This document shows positions 9,343 through 18,623 of a stretch of 64,000 nucleotides of DNA, one piece after another. Below the pieces are notes generated by a model. It searched no databases, was not told the DNA's origin, and was given only the letters and a program-made list of their open reading frames with translations. The position numbers and the translations under genes were made by a program. Source of the DNA: a virus; the IMG/VR virus record IMGVR_UViG_3300015371_000004, positions 51,950 to 115,949 of that record; one strand, written 5' to 3'. Each line of letters begins with the position of its first letter. The first letter of the stretch is position 1.

Positions 9343-10346
9343 GCCACCGCCTCCTCCGCCGCCGTCAGGTACTGCTGGACCCGCGCGCGCACATCGTCTT
9401 CCACGTCGAGCGCCGCGACCCGCTCCGAGAGGGACTGCGTCGACACCAGCGACAGAAAGTCGTCGGCGATCTGCTGCCCCAGCCCGGCCTCGAACTGCGC
9501 GGCTACAGTCTTCTCGTACGCGTAGCGTTTTAGATCAAAAATTTTCTCGGCCGGTTCGACCTTGAGCTTGACAAGGTGTCCCTTGAACTCAAACGTCAAC
9601 CCGTCCTCGCCCTGCGGGCCCATATACTCTGTGATACCCGCATAGATCGTTCGCTGCAGCTCCTCCCCCGCCAACGACCCACGCCCAAGCGCGCCGAAGT
9701 TCAGGAAGAGCTTGGACCCCACGCGCTGCGTGGCGACGGCCGAATGATCGTGGCCGAAGTGGTAGACCTGAAACGGATAGGCCGCCAGCGCTTCATAAGA
9801 GAGCACAGTCTGCCCAAAGAACTGCCCGCCGGTCTTCGACGCAAACGCGTGCGCGAGCACGATGGCAGGCTGGAACGTGCTGACCGTCTTGGCCACCGCC
9901 GCCCACTTGGCCGGGTCCTTCGCGTCCGGCCATGGGATCCCTACGATCTGGACCGGCATAAGCGCAATGCCCTCTAGCCTGACGTCCGTCGGCACGTGGT
10001 AGGGCTGGTAGGACACGTCGATCAGCGCGCCCGTCTCGAAGAGCACCCCGAGGGGCGTCGTGCTGAGCGAGTCGAGCCGGTTGTAGCGCTCGTCGTGATT
10101 GCCGGGAATTGCCAGCACCGGGACGCCCACCGTCTTCAGCCACGCGGCCAGTCGCGCGACGATCGCGTAGGACGTGTTCACCGAATTGAACAGATCCCCG
10201 GCCACCGCGATGACGTTGACCTTCTCCAGCTGCGCAATCTCGGCGACCTGATCGAGCTTGCGGAACATCGTGTCCGGCCAGCTGTCGAGTCGGCTCGACG
10301 GGGTCAGATGCCAAAGATGCCAGTCGTTCGTGTGGAGACACTTCAT
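9339..10346 (-). CDS. SbcD/Mre11-like metallophosphoesterase nuclease
   Basis: DWH, GDLF, PGNHD, LAH, GHDH motifs. Confidence 0.85.
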   Translation of the reverse strand: MKCLHTNDWHLWHLTPSSRLDSWPDTMFRKLDQVAEIAQLEKVNVIAVAGDLFNSVNTSYAIVARLAAWLKTVGVPVLAIPGNHDERYNRLDSLSTTPLGVLFETGALIDVSYQPYHVPTDVRLEGIALMPVQIVGIPWPDAKDPAKWAAVAKTVSTFQPAIVLAHAFASKTGGQFFGQTVLSYEALAAYPFQVYHFGHDHSAVATQRVGSKLFLNFGALGRGSLAGEELQRTIYAGITEYMGPQGEDGLTFEFKGHLVKLKVEPAEKIFDLKRYAYEKTVAAQFEAGLGQQIADDFLSLVSTQSLSERVAALDVEDDVRARVQQYLTAAEEAVA

Positions 10347-11545
10347 CCGAGGAGCGCCTCCAAGTCTTCGTCGATCTGGCCCTGCCCCAACGGGACCCGC
10401 TGGCCACAGACCGGGCAGATTTTCAGGTCATGCAGGGCAGTCGCCACCGCTCCCTCCGCCTGCTCAACGTCCTGACTCGACGCCCCGAAGGCCGCCTCTG
10501 CCATGCGCAGCGAGGCCAGCGCGTTCGCGAGCTGGTTCACCAGCGCGCGCAAGGCCGTCGCCGTGTCCATCGCTTTCGAGTACCCGAGCTGTGGACTTTC
10601 CGGAGGCGGGTGAAGGCCTTTGACCACCCAGAGCTTGCGGAGGCGCGCCGCCAGATCGGCCACGCGCCAGTGACGCTCTTGCAGGACTTCGATGCCCGAC
10701 GGCTCCCGGGCCGGAGGCAGCTCGACCATGACCCCCTTCTGGAGAGCTGCACGCTTGGGGATCAGGTTGGCCAGACGCTGGCCGATGTTCGCCTGCGCTT
10801 CAATCGGCCCAAGGTCGACGGCTGTGGGGAGGTCGGCAGCCACCGCGGCCTGCAGCATCCGGCGCCGTGCCAGCGCCGCAGTCAGGCGGGAGACCCGGTC
10901 ACGCAGGGCATCAACCCGCACACTCTCCAGCTTCAACCGCTCGACCGCCTCCACGAGCTTCGCGACCGGCGGCTCGATCGTCTCCACAATCGCCTGTGCC
11001 TTGGTCAGGTCTGCCCGCCTCAGCCCCAGCAGCTGGCGCGCCGACCTAAGATCCTTGGCGCACGCCGCGCTCGCCCGAAGCAGAATGTCCAGCCGGGACG
11101 CCCGCGTGAGGATCTCGCTGACCGTGCTCCCCGGCAGCTGCAGCATGAAGATCGGATCCAGCTGGCCCCCGACCTGCGGGCGGATCGACTCCTTGTCATC
11201 GAGCTTCAGATCCCGGTAGCCCGCGTCGACCAGTGGCTGTGGCGCGTAGCGGTTCACGTTGGTGAAGGGCTCACCGTTCACCGAGAACTCGTTCACGCTC
11301 TTGCCCTTCTCCCAGACCACATGAAGCGGCGGCCCGTCCTTGGCCGGAACGTCCGTCAGCTCGACGCGCGTCTTTGACTCGCCCTTGCGGACGAAGCCTG
11401 CGCCCGGCCGATTGAAGAGGGCCCCGGTCACCGCCCGGATCAGCGCGCTCTTGCCGAGGTTCGAGCGGCCGACGATCACCGTCAGCCCCTCAGCTTCCAC
11501 CTCGGCTGATTCGAGCGACTGGAAATTTTTAACGGAGATTTTCAT
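10343..11545 (-). CDS. SbcC/Rad50-like N-terminal half (Walker A to zinc hook)
   Basis: VKNFQS, GRSNLGKSA, Q-loop, coiled coil, terminal CPVCG hook. Confidence 0.85.
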   Translation of the reverse strand: MKISVKNFQSLESAEVEAEGLTVIVGRSNLGKSALIRAVTGALFNRPGAGFVRKGESKTRVELTDVPAKDGPPLHVVWEKGKSVNEFSVNGEPFTNVNRYAPQPLVDAGYRDLKLDDKESIRPQVGGQLDPIFMLQLPGSTVSEILTRASRLDILLRASAACAKDLRSARQLLGLRRADLTKAQAIVETIEPPVAKLVEAVERLKLESVRVDALRDRVSRLTAALARRRMLQAAVAADLPTAVDLGPIEAQANIGQRLANLIPKRAALQKGVMVELPPAREPSGIEVLQERHWRVADLAARLRKLWVVKGLHPPPESPQLGYSKAMDTATALRALVNQLANALASLRMAEAAFGASSQDVEQAEGAVATALHDLKICPVCGQRVPLGQGQIDEDLEALLG

Positions 11546-11753
11546 GTGGCCACGCCACGCGGGTCCGTGTAGATCAGCTCGACCTTCTCGACATGTGAGT
11601 ACTTGATCTCATGGTGGTCTGCGGCTGCCAAGCCCAGCTCACGCACCTGCGAGACGGAGTCATCGAGGGCAAATTCCTTCTGATAGACGAAGGAGACCAC
11701 GTGCTGCCACCGAACCCCCAACGGCGACACCTCGACTCGTGCGCCGTAGATCG

Positions 11754-12809
11754 TTACGCGCCACTGAGCCATTTGAGGATCCCCGCGTCGATGAGCTTCT
11801 GCTTGATCGCCTGCATGAAGGGCGGCGTGTTTAGCGCATGGTCGTAGAGCGCCGAGTCGCCCTGCCACTTCCCGCTCTGCCCGCCCCCGTCGTCGAAGAC
11901 GAACCACGCGGCCTTCTGCTCAATGACCCCGGCCGCCTTGGCCGCATCGAGCAGCGTCTGGATGTTGTCGATCCCGTACACCTGCCGCTCTTCATCGAAG
12001 CGGATCGTGAACTCCACCTTACGGAAGGCAGGCATCACCTTGGACTTGGCGATCTCGGCTTCGTGAATGCTGGCCACCGGGACTTCGCGCTCCTTGCCGA
12101 GAAAGTCGACGGTCTTGCGCGTCTTCGAGGACTTCTTGATCTGGCGGACCCGAATCCGCATCGAGGCGTAGTACTTCAGGGCGTTGCCGCCGGACGTCTC
12201 TTCGCTGTCCTTCCCAAACCCGCCGAAGCCCGTCGCGCGCAGCTGATTGATGAAGACCACGGCAGCCTTGTTCCGTTTGATCTCGTGGAGGAGACGCGGC
12301 AGCTCCTTCGAGAGGACCCGCGCGCGCGAGGCCAGCGCGGTGTCTTCCCCAACCTGCCCTTCCAGCTCCTTCTCAGGCACCATCGCGGCCACCGAATCGA
12401 CCACCACCAGATCCACGCCCGCCTTGACCATCCGGTCGACGATTTGGAGGGTATCCTCAGCCGTCCGCGGCGCCGCAAAGAGCCCCTTACCCTGATCCTT
12501 GTAGTCGAACCCAAGGCTGGCGGCGTACCGAAGGTCCAAGGCGTTTTCCACGTCCAAGTAGACCGGGTAGAGCCCGTGGATCTGCGCCGACGCGCAGGCC
12601 GTACACGCGAGCGTCGACTTACCGCCGCTGAACGGTCCGGCGACTTCGCAGATCCGGCTACGCGGGAAGCCGCCGATCCCCGTGATGACATCGATCGCGT
12701 ACGAGCCCGAGGAGACCGCTTCGGTGTGCTCGTCGATCTCCAGCGCCTCTGGGTGGTGGCGGGTGATGTGCTTGACGGCCTCGTCGAGGTTCTTGCGATT
12801 GACAGGCAT
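11754..12809 (-). CDS. recA: RecA recombinase
   Basis: GGFPRSRICEVAGPFSGGKST, VVDSVAAM, FINQLR, SGGNALKYYASMR. Confidence 0.95.
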   Translation of the reverse strand: MPVNRKNLDEAVKHITRHHPEALEIDEHTEAVSSGSYAIDVITGIGGFPRSRICEVAGPFSGGKSTLACTACASAQIHGLYPVYLDVENALDLRYAASLGFDYKDQGKGLFAAPRTAEDTLQIVDRMVKAGVDLVVVDSVAAMVPEKELEGQVGEDTALASRARVLSKELPRLLHEIKRNKAAVVFINQLRATGFGGFGKDSEETSGGNALKYYASMRIRVRQIKKSSKTRKTVDFLGKEREVPVASIHEAEIAKSKVMPAFRKVEFTIRFDEERQVYGIDNIQTLLDAAKAAGVIEQKAAWFVFDDGGGQSGKWQGDSALYDHALNTPPFMQAIKQKLIDAGILKWLSGA

Positions 12810-13304
12810 CTACCCCCTGCATCTGCGAACGAGGCCCATGAAGGTCTGGGCGTCCACCACGGCGTATAGCCGCGATCCCGCGCGTCTGAAAAACAGCACC
12901 GCCGTCGGTTGATCCTTCGTCACGGCAGCTTCCGCCTGCTTGAGCGCCTGCCAGATATTGAGCTGCTCTTGATTCTTGACTTCGGTCGCAAACGGAAACT
13001 GGGCGCTCGCGAACGGAGAGAAATGCAGGTCGACGCCCATCTGCGCGCCCGCTTTCACCCAGACGTCGCCGTCCTGCAGCCCCAGCTTGTCCCGGATGAG
13101 GGCCGCCACTTCCAGCACGGCCGCCCGGCCCTTCTGCTTCGAGCTTTGGCCCCCGCCCTTCGCGCGCCCGACGCTGCGGGACTTCAGCACGGCTTCCGCT
13201 CGCCGCGCGTACACCTTCCAGCACTCGTTGCAGTCCCGCCGCTTTCCGGACGGCAAGTTCGGAAAGCGCGGCAGACGGCCGTGCTCGTCACAGACCGGCT
13301 GCAC
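12810..13304 (-). CDS. Holliday junction resolvase-like PD-(D/E)XK nuclease
   Basis: SKQKGR..E, GVDL, FATEVKNQE..NIWQALKQA. Confidence 0.7.
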   Translation of the reverse strand: MQPVCDEHGRLPRFPNLPSGKRRDCNECWKVYARRAEAVLKSRSVGRAKGGGQSSKQKGRAAVLEVAALIRDKLGLQDGDVWVKAGAQMGVDLHFSPFASAQFPFATEVKNQEQLNIWQALKQAEAAVTKDQPTAVLFFRRAGSRLYAVVDAQTFMGLVRRCRG

Positions 13305-13307
13305 GCC

Positions 13308-14126
13308 TTAGCCGAGCAAGTCGTCGAGCGAGGCTCCCGGGAGCGGACCGGAGGCGGCGACTGCCGCGCCGGTAGGGGCCTCCCCAATCAGCTTGCGGAT
13401 CTCGTCGTCAGGCACGTCACGCCCGATGGCTCGCCGCAGTTCGCTGTGCACTGCGTCGAGCCAGTTCTTGAGCGCGACCCCGTACTCGGCCTGAAACTTC
13501 GCGTGCGCGACCATGGCCTCCGCACACGGGACGATCGTCATGTTCTGGTACTGCTCCTCAGTGCAGGTCACCTTGACGTCGTGGGTGGCCAGATCGTGCT
13601 CCTTGTGAACCTCCTGCAGCGTCTGGAAAATCTTCGCGCCGAAGACCCAGATTTTCAGCTCGAACGAGAACGGCTTCCGGAAGGCCCCCTTCGGGTCGGT
13701 CGCGTAGACGACCACCGGCGAGGCGAACTTCTTGCTCGACTCGCCGAGCATCTCGCAGCAGCCTTCCTTCTTCGTCATGACCTCGTTGTAGAGCGTCTTG
13801 CCGTCCGGCCCCTGCGTGGTCGTGCGCCGGAAGGACGAGCGACAGATCACCGGGCCCTTGGTCGCGTCATGGAAGTGACGCCGGGCCGCCTGAATCCGCT
13901 TGAGGTCCAAGACCGCCAGCCGGTCCGTGATGTTCTTGCGGCCTTTGTAGAAGTCGACTTGTGTCCGCGCCGCCGCGGCCTCATCGCCGATCTCAACCGT
14001 CTCGTACTGCGGCAGATCCCGGAACGATTGCCCAATCGCGTTGGGCTGCTGCGCCGTGGCCGGGGGTTGCGGAGCGGTCTGAGGCAGCGCCGCGTCGAGC
14101 GGATCCGCCACTGTGGGGGTATCCAT
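13308..14126 (-). CDS. single-stranded DNA-binding protein (gp32-like)
   Basis: His/Cys cluster, KIWVFG, HDVKVT, acidic C-tail SLDDLLG; recombination-operon context. Confidence 0.6.
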   Translation of the reverse strand: MDTPTVADPLDAALPQTAPQPPATAQQPNAIGQSFRDLPQYETVEIGDEAAAARTQVDFYKGRKNITDRLAVLDLKRIQAARRHFHDATKGPVICRSSFRRTTTQGPDGKTLYNEVMTKKEGCCEMLGESSKKFASPVVVYATDPKGAFRKPFSFELKIWVFGAKIFQTLQEVHKEHDLATHDVKVTCTEEQYQNMTIVPCAEAMVAHAKFQAEYGVALKNWLDAVHSELRRAIGRDVPDDEIRKLIGEAPTGAAVAASGPLPGASLDDLLG

Positions 14127-14176
14127 AGGGGAATTCTCCAGAAAATTTTGTGGGCCGAAGTTGGCCGTCGTGGCAG

Positions 14177-14593
14177 TTATACCCCGCGGCCCGGGTATTC
14201 TTTCGGCGGCCCAATGACCCCCGCCAGCCCGTCCTCGTAGTCCGTCTTGGGCTTGTAATTGTAGTCGTTGGCGTAGCCCATCACCCGCTTGAGAGCCGTC
14301 CCCATGACGTAGCTCACCCGCAGCCGCTCCCGCTTGACCTCGAAGAGTGCGCCGGTCGTCGGGTCCCGCCGCCGGGTCGCCGACAGCCGCTTGGTCCGGA
14401 GCGCGCCGAGGCCCGCCGGGAACTGGTACTTGCCCAGCTCGAACAACGACTTGAAGAGGCTCCGGATGACCACCATGTACAGTTCCTTCATCAGGTCCCG
14501 GCTCACGTGGTGCTGGTGCTTCTTGAGGTATTCCCGCGTGAGGGTCGCCATCTCGGCAAAGGCCTCTTCCTTGTAGTCCTTCTGATTCTTCAT
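14177..14593 (-). CDS. HU/IHF-family DNA-binding protein
   Basis: GLGALRTKRLSATRRRDPTTGALFEV...VSYVMGTALK beta-arm pattern. Confidence 0.7.
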   Translation of the reverse strand: MKNQKDYKEEAFAEMATLTREYLKKHQHHVSRDLMKELYMVVIRSLFKSLFELGKYQFPAGLGALRTKRLSATRRRDPTTGALFEVKRERLRVSYVMGTALKRVMGYANDYNYKPKTDYEDGLAGVIGPPKEYPGRGV

Positions 14594-14597
14594 CGGC

Positions 14598-15143
14598 TCA
14601 CTCCAGTATGTCTTCGAGACGCTCGTCGGCCGCCTCACGTTCCACCGGCTCGCGGGCATAGAAGGCGCGCACACCCGCCTGCGCCTGATCGACGTCCGGG
14701 TCGGTCGTCGCACGAATCGTTTCGGCCTCGGTCACGGGCGGCGGCCGGTACCCGGGGGCCTGCATCCCCACCTTCAGGCACTCCAAGAGCAGACGCACAT
14801 CCGAGGAGACCCGTGCCAGCTCCCGGCGCCGGACATGCGCGCTCTCCAACAGGAACTTCAGGCGCTCGTGCTCCGTCCGGATCACGTCGAGCTTCTCCCG
14901 CTCGCCTGCCTTGGACGACGACGGCGAGATCCGGACCACGGCCTCCTGCGCGATGCGTGAGGGCAGCACCTCGCTGATGGCCCGATTGACCGCCACGACC
15001 ACCTCGGCGACCTCGGCCTGCTTCCCGCGGGCCTCGATCAGCTTCTCCTGCAGGTAGACCGGGCCGTACGTTGGGTCGTGCGCGATCGGCACGACCATCC
15101 GGTCGAGCGTCCGGTACAGCGCCTTAATGTCGTCGTCAGTCAT
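14598..15143 (-). CDS. hypothetical coiled-coil protein
   Basis: operon-coupled ORF. Confidence 0.6.
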   Translation of the reverse strand: MTDDDIKALYRTLDRMVVPIAHDPTYGPVYLQEKLIEARGKQAEVAEVVVAVNRAISEVLPSRIAQEAVVRISPSSSKAGEREKLDVIRTEHERLKFLLESAHVRRRELARVSSDVRLLLECLKVGMQAPGYRPPPVTEAETIRATTDPDVDQAQAGVRAFYAREPVEREAADERLEDILE

Positions 15144-15820
15144 AATCGACAGCTCTCATACGCCTCGGCCGCATTCGATCGTAGATGTTCTACCACGCGG
15201 GCAAGGAGCGCCGGGATCGACTGCCGGGCACTCGGCTTGTGCAAGAGGTACGACGGGTGCACCAGCGGGATCACCTGCAGGACGCGCGACGGAGCGTCAT
15301 CGAGACGCACGCGCATCGGGGCAAAGCTCATCTTCCCCATGCTCGGCGAATGCACCCCCAAGACAAACCGTGACGCCTCCTCGCCCAAGGTCAGGAGCAC
15401 CTCCACGTGCTCGAACGTCTTCAGCTCCTCGCGCAGCCACTTCGTCCCGCACACCTGCACTTCCTTTTTGGTGGGCTTCCGATCGTCGTGCGTGTGGCAC
15501 TTCACGAGATTCATCACCAGAATTTTCTGCCGGTCGATCGCCATAGCCTGCAACCAGTCGTTCAAGACATCGCCCGCCCGGCCAACGAAGGGGCTTCCGT
15601 ACTGGTCTTCCTCGCGCCCCGGGTTCCGCCCCAGCACGCCGATCCGCGCCAAGAGGGGGCCATCGCCGGGCACGACCCGCGTGGCCTCCAGCCGCGCCGA
15701 GCAGGCCGTGCAGGCCAGCAGATCCGCGTACCACGGCACGTCGCTGTACCACTGGACACCTGACGGCCGCGGCTCAGGTTCCCCGCCGAGGATCGCGTCG
15801 AGGTCGACCGCGTCACTCAC
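15140..15820 (-). CDS. uracil-DNA glycosylase family 4
   Basis: CTAC, VPGDG, GRNPGREEDQYGSPFVGRAG, NLVKC, HPSYLL. Confidence 0.9.
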   Translation of the reverse strand: MSDAVDLDAILGGEPEPRPSGVQWYSDVPWYADLLACTACSARLEATRVVPGDGPLLARIGVLGRNPGREEDQYGSPFVGRAGDVLNDWLQAMAIDRQKILVMNLVKCHTHDDRKPTKKEVQVCGTKWLREELKTFEHVEVLLTLGEEASRFVLGVHSPSMGKMSFAPMRVRLDDAPSRVLQVIPLVHPSYLLHKPSARQSIPALLARVVEHLRSNAAEAYESCRL

Positions 15821-17082
15821 GAGAGCAGCTGCTGGGCTTCCGGCCACAGCTCCACCTGACTCTCGGGCAGCGGCTGCACCGAGCCCCACGTCGACCCGGC
15901 GCTGACCGACCAGTGCATGGCCGCCCGCTCGCGCCAGCGCGCCACTGTCGGCGTCGTCACCAGCGTGGCGTGCAGCTCCCGTAGAAACCCCCGGACATCA
16001 GCGTCGACCGGCAGCTCGGCCGCGACGGCGTGCCGGGTCAGGATCATCCGGGCCCGCCACTGCTGGTCGAGCGCGCGCGCCAGCCACGCCAAGAGTTCGC
16101 CGGTCTCCTCGTAGACCCGCTGCTCCTGCGCTGGATACGCCGACAGCACGCCTTCATAGACCGAGGCCGACGGCAACCCCTGCGCCACTGCATACTCGTC
16201 CGGCGTGCTCCACGTGATCGGGTCCTCGTGAGCCGCCATGGCCGTCCGGACAAACGGCGTCGACAGGGAAAACTGGGCCCAAAATTTTCCGGACTCGGAT
16301 GGCACCGCGACTCGAAGTTCGGTCGGCAGCGTATTGAGCGCCGGGCCAGCCGCCGCAAAGGTCCAGTGCCGGTGGAACCGCCACACCGGGTTCAGGTAGA
16401 CGTAGATGCCATCCCGTTCCGACGAGGCCACGCTGGCTGCCAATCCCCCCGCGCGCTGCGCGCAGAGGTCAGCCCGGCGCCACTCCTCGTACGTCCTGAG
16501 CCAGACGGGATCTTGGCTCACGGTCTTCCACAGCTTCGACCGGCGCACCGCGCGCACCGCCACCGTCCCGAGCGCAGGCTTCAGGGCAGGCGTGAGCCGA
16601 TTGACGATCGCGACCTGCTCATCGACGACAGCCTTGTACTTGGCCTCATCGAACACGACACCGTGCCGATTGAGCGCCACCAGTACGGGCGCCACCACCG
16701 CATTTTCCACCGGGCGCGCCAAGGGCTGATCAACGAACATGGCTCGCTCGACCGCCGACTCCAGCGACGTCACATGCCAGTCCGCATCGACTCTCGCGAA
16801 CACCTGCTCGACGCTCAGGTCCTGCAGGTGGTCCCACGCGATCGACTGACGAATCCCCGGCTGCAACGTCCGCAGGACGTCGACCACGTCCCATGTCGAC
16901 ACGAGACCCCGATGCTCTGTGAGCACCGTCGCGCAGGCCATCCAGTCAGCCGACGTCCATTCCCGTGTGTCGCCGCCGTAGGCCTCGCCATCCCGGACTG
17001 CGACCAGATAGCCCGCCCCAGCAGCCAGACCCAGTCGGCCACCGATGCCCGTCAGCGCTTTCAGATCGTGGAAGGTCTTCAC
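15817..17082 (-). CDS. degenerate (apparently inactive) family-A DNA polymerase paralog
   Basis: PVLVALNRHGVVFD, GPALNTLP..LR, motif A position FSLSTPFVR, motif C position MILTRHAV, C-terminal SAGSTWG. Confidence 0.55.
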   Translation of the reverse strand: MKTFHDLKALTGIGGRLGLAAGAGYLVAVRDGEAYGGDTREWTSADWMACATVLTEHRGLVSTWDVVDVLRTLQPGIRQSIAWDHLQDLSVEQVFARVDADWHVTSLESAVERAMFVDQPLARPVENAVVAPVLVALNRHGVVFDEAKYKAVVDEQVAIVNRLTPALKPALGTVAVRAVRRSKLWKTVSQDPVWLRTYEEWRRADLCAQRAGGLAASVASSERDGIYVYLNPVWRFHRHWTFAAAGPALNTLPTELRVAVPSESGKFWAQFSLSTPFVRTAMAAHEDPITWSTPDEYAVAQGLPSASVYEGVLSAYPAQEQRVYEETGELLAWLARALDQQWRARMILTRHAVAAELPVDADVRGFLRELHATLVTTPTVARWRERAAMHWSVSAGSTWGSVQPLPESQVELWPEAQQLLS

Positions 17083-17579
17083 GCGAGCACCGGCTGAAGC
17101 GCGCCGAGCAGCGCCGCATGGTCCTTCTTCGTGATCCGGCCCGTCCGATCCACCCGCTCAATCACCGGGAGTAGCTCCGGCTTCGCCAGCAGGAACTCCC
17201 GCAGCTCACGGATGTAAAGGTCGTCGGCCTGCGTGGCGGCCTTCGCCGTCCGCGCGTCGAGCCGGTACTTGTTCTGCCACGGCCCGCCGCTGTCCACGCG
17301 GCTGTAGGCCCGATCGAGCTGGAGAGGATGCAACCGGCGGGAAGCAGCGCGATGTTTGTTCCGCGCGACACTTTGACACACGAGGTAGAGGTAGGACGTG
17401 AAGGCCGAGCGGTCCTTGGTGTAGCGGTCGAGCAGCCCGTACTTGTGCACGCGCAGGTAGACGTCCTGCACCATGTCATCAAGGTCCTCCTGCCCGATCG
17501 ACGTCACCGTCTTGAGGAAAGCCCGTATCTTGCCGTCGTAGCGCTCTACCAGTGCCTCTAGGGTCCGCGGTGCGTCCAT
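17079..17579 (-). CDS. ECF-like sigma factor, region 2 only
   Basis: LVERYDGKIRAF...DLDDMVQDVYLRV...SAFTSYLYLVCQSVARNKHR; no recognisable region-4 HTH. Confidence 0.75.
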   Translation of the reverse strand: MDAPRTLEALVERYDGKIRAFLKTVTSIGQEDLDDMVQDVYLRVHKYGLLDRYTKDRSAFTSYLYLVCQSVARNKHRAASRRLHPLQLDRAYSRVDSGGPWQNKYRLDARTAKAATQADDLYIRELREFLLAKPELLPVIERVDRTGRITKKDHAALLGALQPVLA

Positions 17580-17598
17580 AAGCGTCGCTCCTAACTGT

Positions 17599-17627
17599 TT
17601 AGACGTTGGGTTGGCCTAAATTGTTCC
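17599..17627 (-). promoter_or_regulatory. ECF-type promoter upstream of sigma-2 gene
   Basis: reverse complement GGAAC-N17-CGTCTAA, then AGGAG RBS. Confidence 0.75.
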
Positions 17628-17712
17628 CATGCTCCCCAGCGCCAAAAACGGACGATACCACGCCTTACTACTCAGAAAAAGACCTAAATTACGGTTTCGT
17701 GTAAATAGGGCC

Positions 17713-18063
17713 CTACCCCCAATTCGGTGGACTCGCCTGCCGTGTCAATCCGGCGTCCTCCGTGAACTCTCCAGTCGTCGGGTCAAACGTCAGGGCCTTC
17801 GGGTCAGGCGCCCACGTGATCACCGCCACACGGCCCGGGCAGACGTCGAGCGGGCCCATGTACGTGGAGCCCTGCCCGAGGTTCGGGAATTGGAGGAAGA
17901 GTTCCCCCAAGGGTGGTGCGCTCCCCAAGGACACGAAGGTGTGAACCTGCTCCCCATAGAGCAAGAGAACCGGGTACCGCCCGGCTGGCTTGCCCGGGTA
18001 CTTTTTCCAGACGGCCCCCACCGCCGCGCGCGCGAACTCTTCCGCCTCAGCTCGGTCCATCAC
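17713..18063 (-). CDS. hypothetical protein
   Basis: coupled to vWA gene. Confidence 0.55.
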   Translation of the reverse strand: MMDRAEAEEFARAAVGAVWKKYPGKPAGRYPVLLLYGEQVHTFVSLGSAPPLGELFLQFPNLGQGSTYMGPLDVCPGRVAVITWAPDPKALTFDPTTGEFTEDAGLTRQASPPNWG

Positions 18064-18614
18064 GCCCTGAGGTAGCCGCGAACCGCGGACGACAGCTGCT
18101 TCATCGCTGCAGGCAGCGAGAACTTGTCCCCTGAGATGACCTCCTTCGGGTCAAGCCCGAGGTCGACGATCAGCTGCTGTGGCAGGGTCTTGTTGCCCAG
18201 CGTCAGGAACAGAATGGTCCAGCGCCCCGTCTTCCGCTTGTCCTGAATCATCCGGCGCACCTCGTCGAGCGTGTACTCCGAGGAGTTCTCCTCCTGCCCG
18301 TCGGTCACGATCGCCAAGACGACACGGTTCTCGCGCGCGTTGCGTTCGAGGTCCTCGATCGAATTGCCGATCGCGTCATACAGCGCCGTCCCGCCCGAGG
18401 GGCAATAGTCGCCCGGCTGCAGCGGCTGGAACGTGCTGAGCGACTGGAAGTCGCGCGCAATGACCACGTCGTCCTCGAAGAAGGCGAGCGAGACCTTCTG
18501 GTCCACGGGCTCACGCGCCAGCTGGTCGATGAACTTGTTCACCGCCTGCCGCACCGGCTCCTCGCTTCCGCACATCGAGCCACTCTGGTCGATCACAATC
18601 CGCGTGAAAAACAT
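18060..18614 (-). CDS. vWA domain protein
   Basis: DQSGSM MIDAS, GGTALYDAIG, IVTDGQEENSS. Confidence 0.85.
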   Translation of the reverse strand: MFFTRIVIDQSGSMCGSEEPVRQAVNKFIDQLAREPVDQKVSLAFFEDDVVIARDFQSLSTFQPLQPGDYCPSGGTALYDAIGNSIEDLERNARENRVVLAIVTDGQEENSSEYTLDEVRRMIQDKRKTGRWTILFLTLGNKTLPQQLIVDLGLDPKEVISGDKFSLPAAMKQLSSAVRGYLRA

Positions 18615-18623
18615 CGGCTCCTC

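Noticed and set aside
1197-16905. Long plus-strand ORFs (e.g. 1197-2312, 5898-7043, 11838-12869, 12909-14240)
   Set aside because: Antisense shadows of motif-bearing minus-strand genes, expected at high GC3
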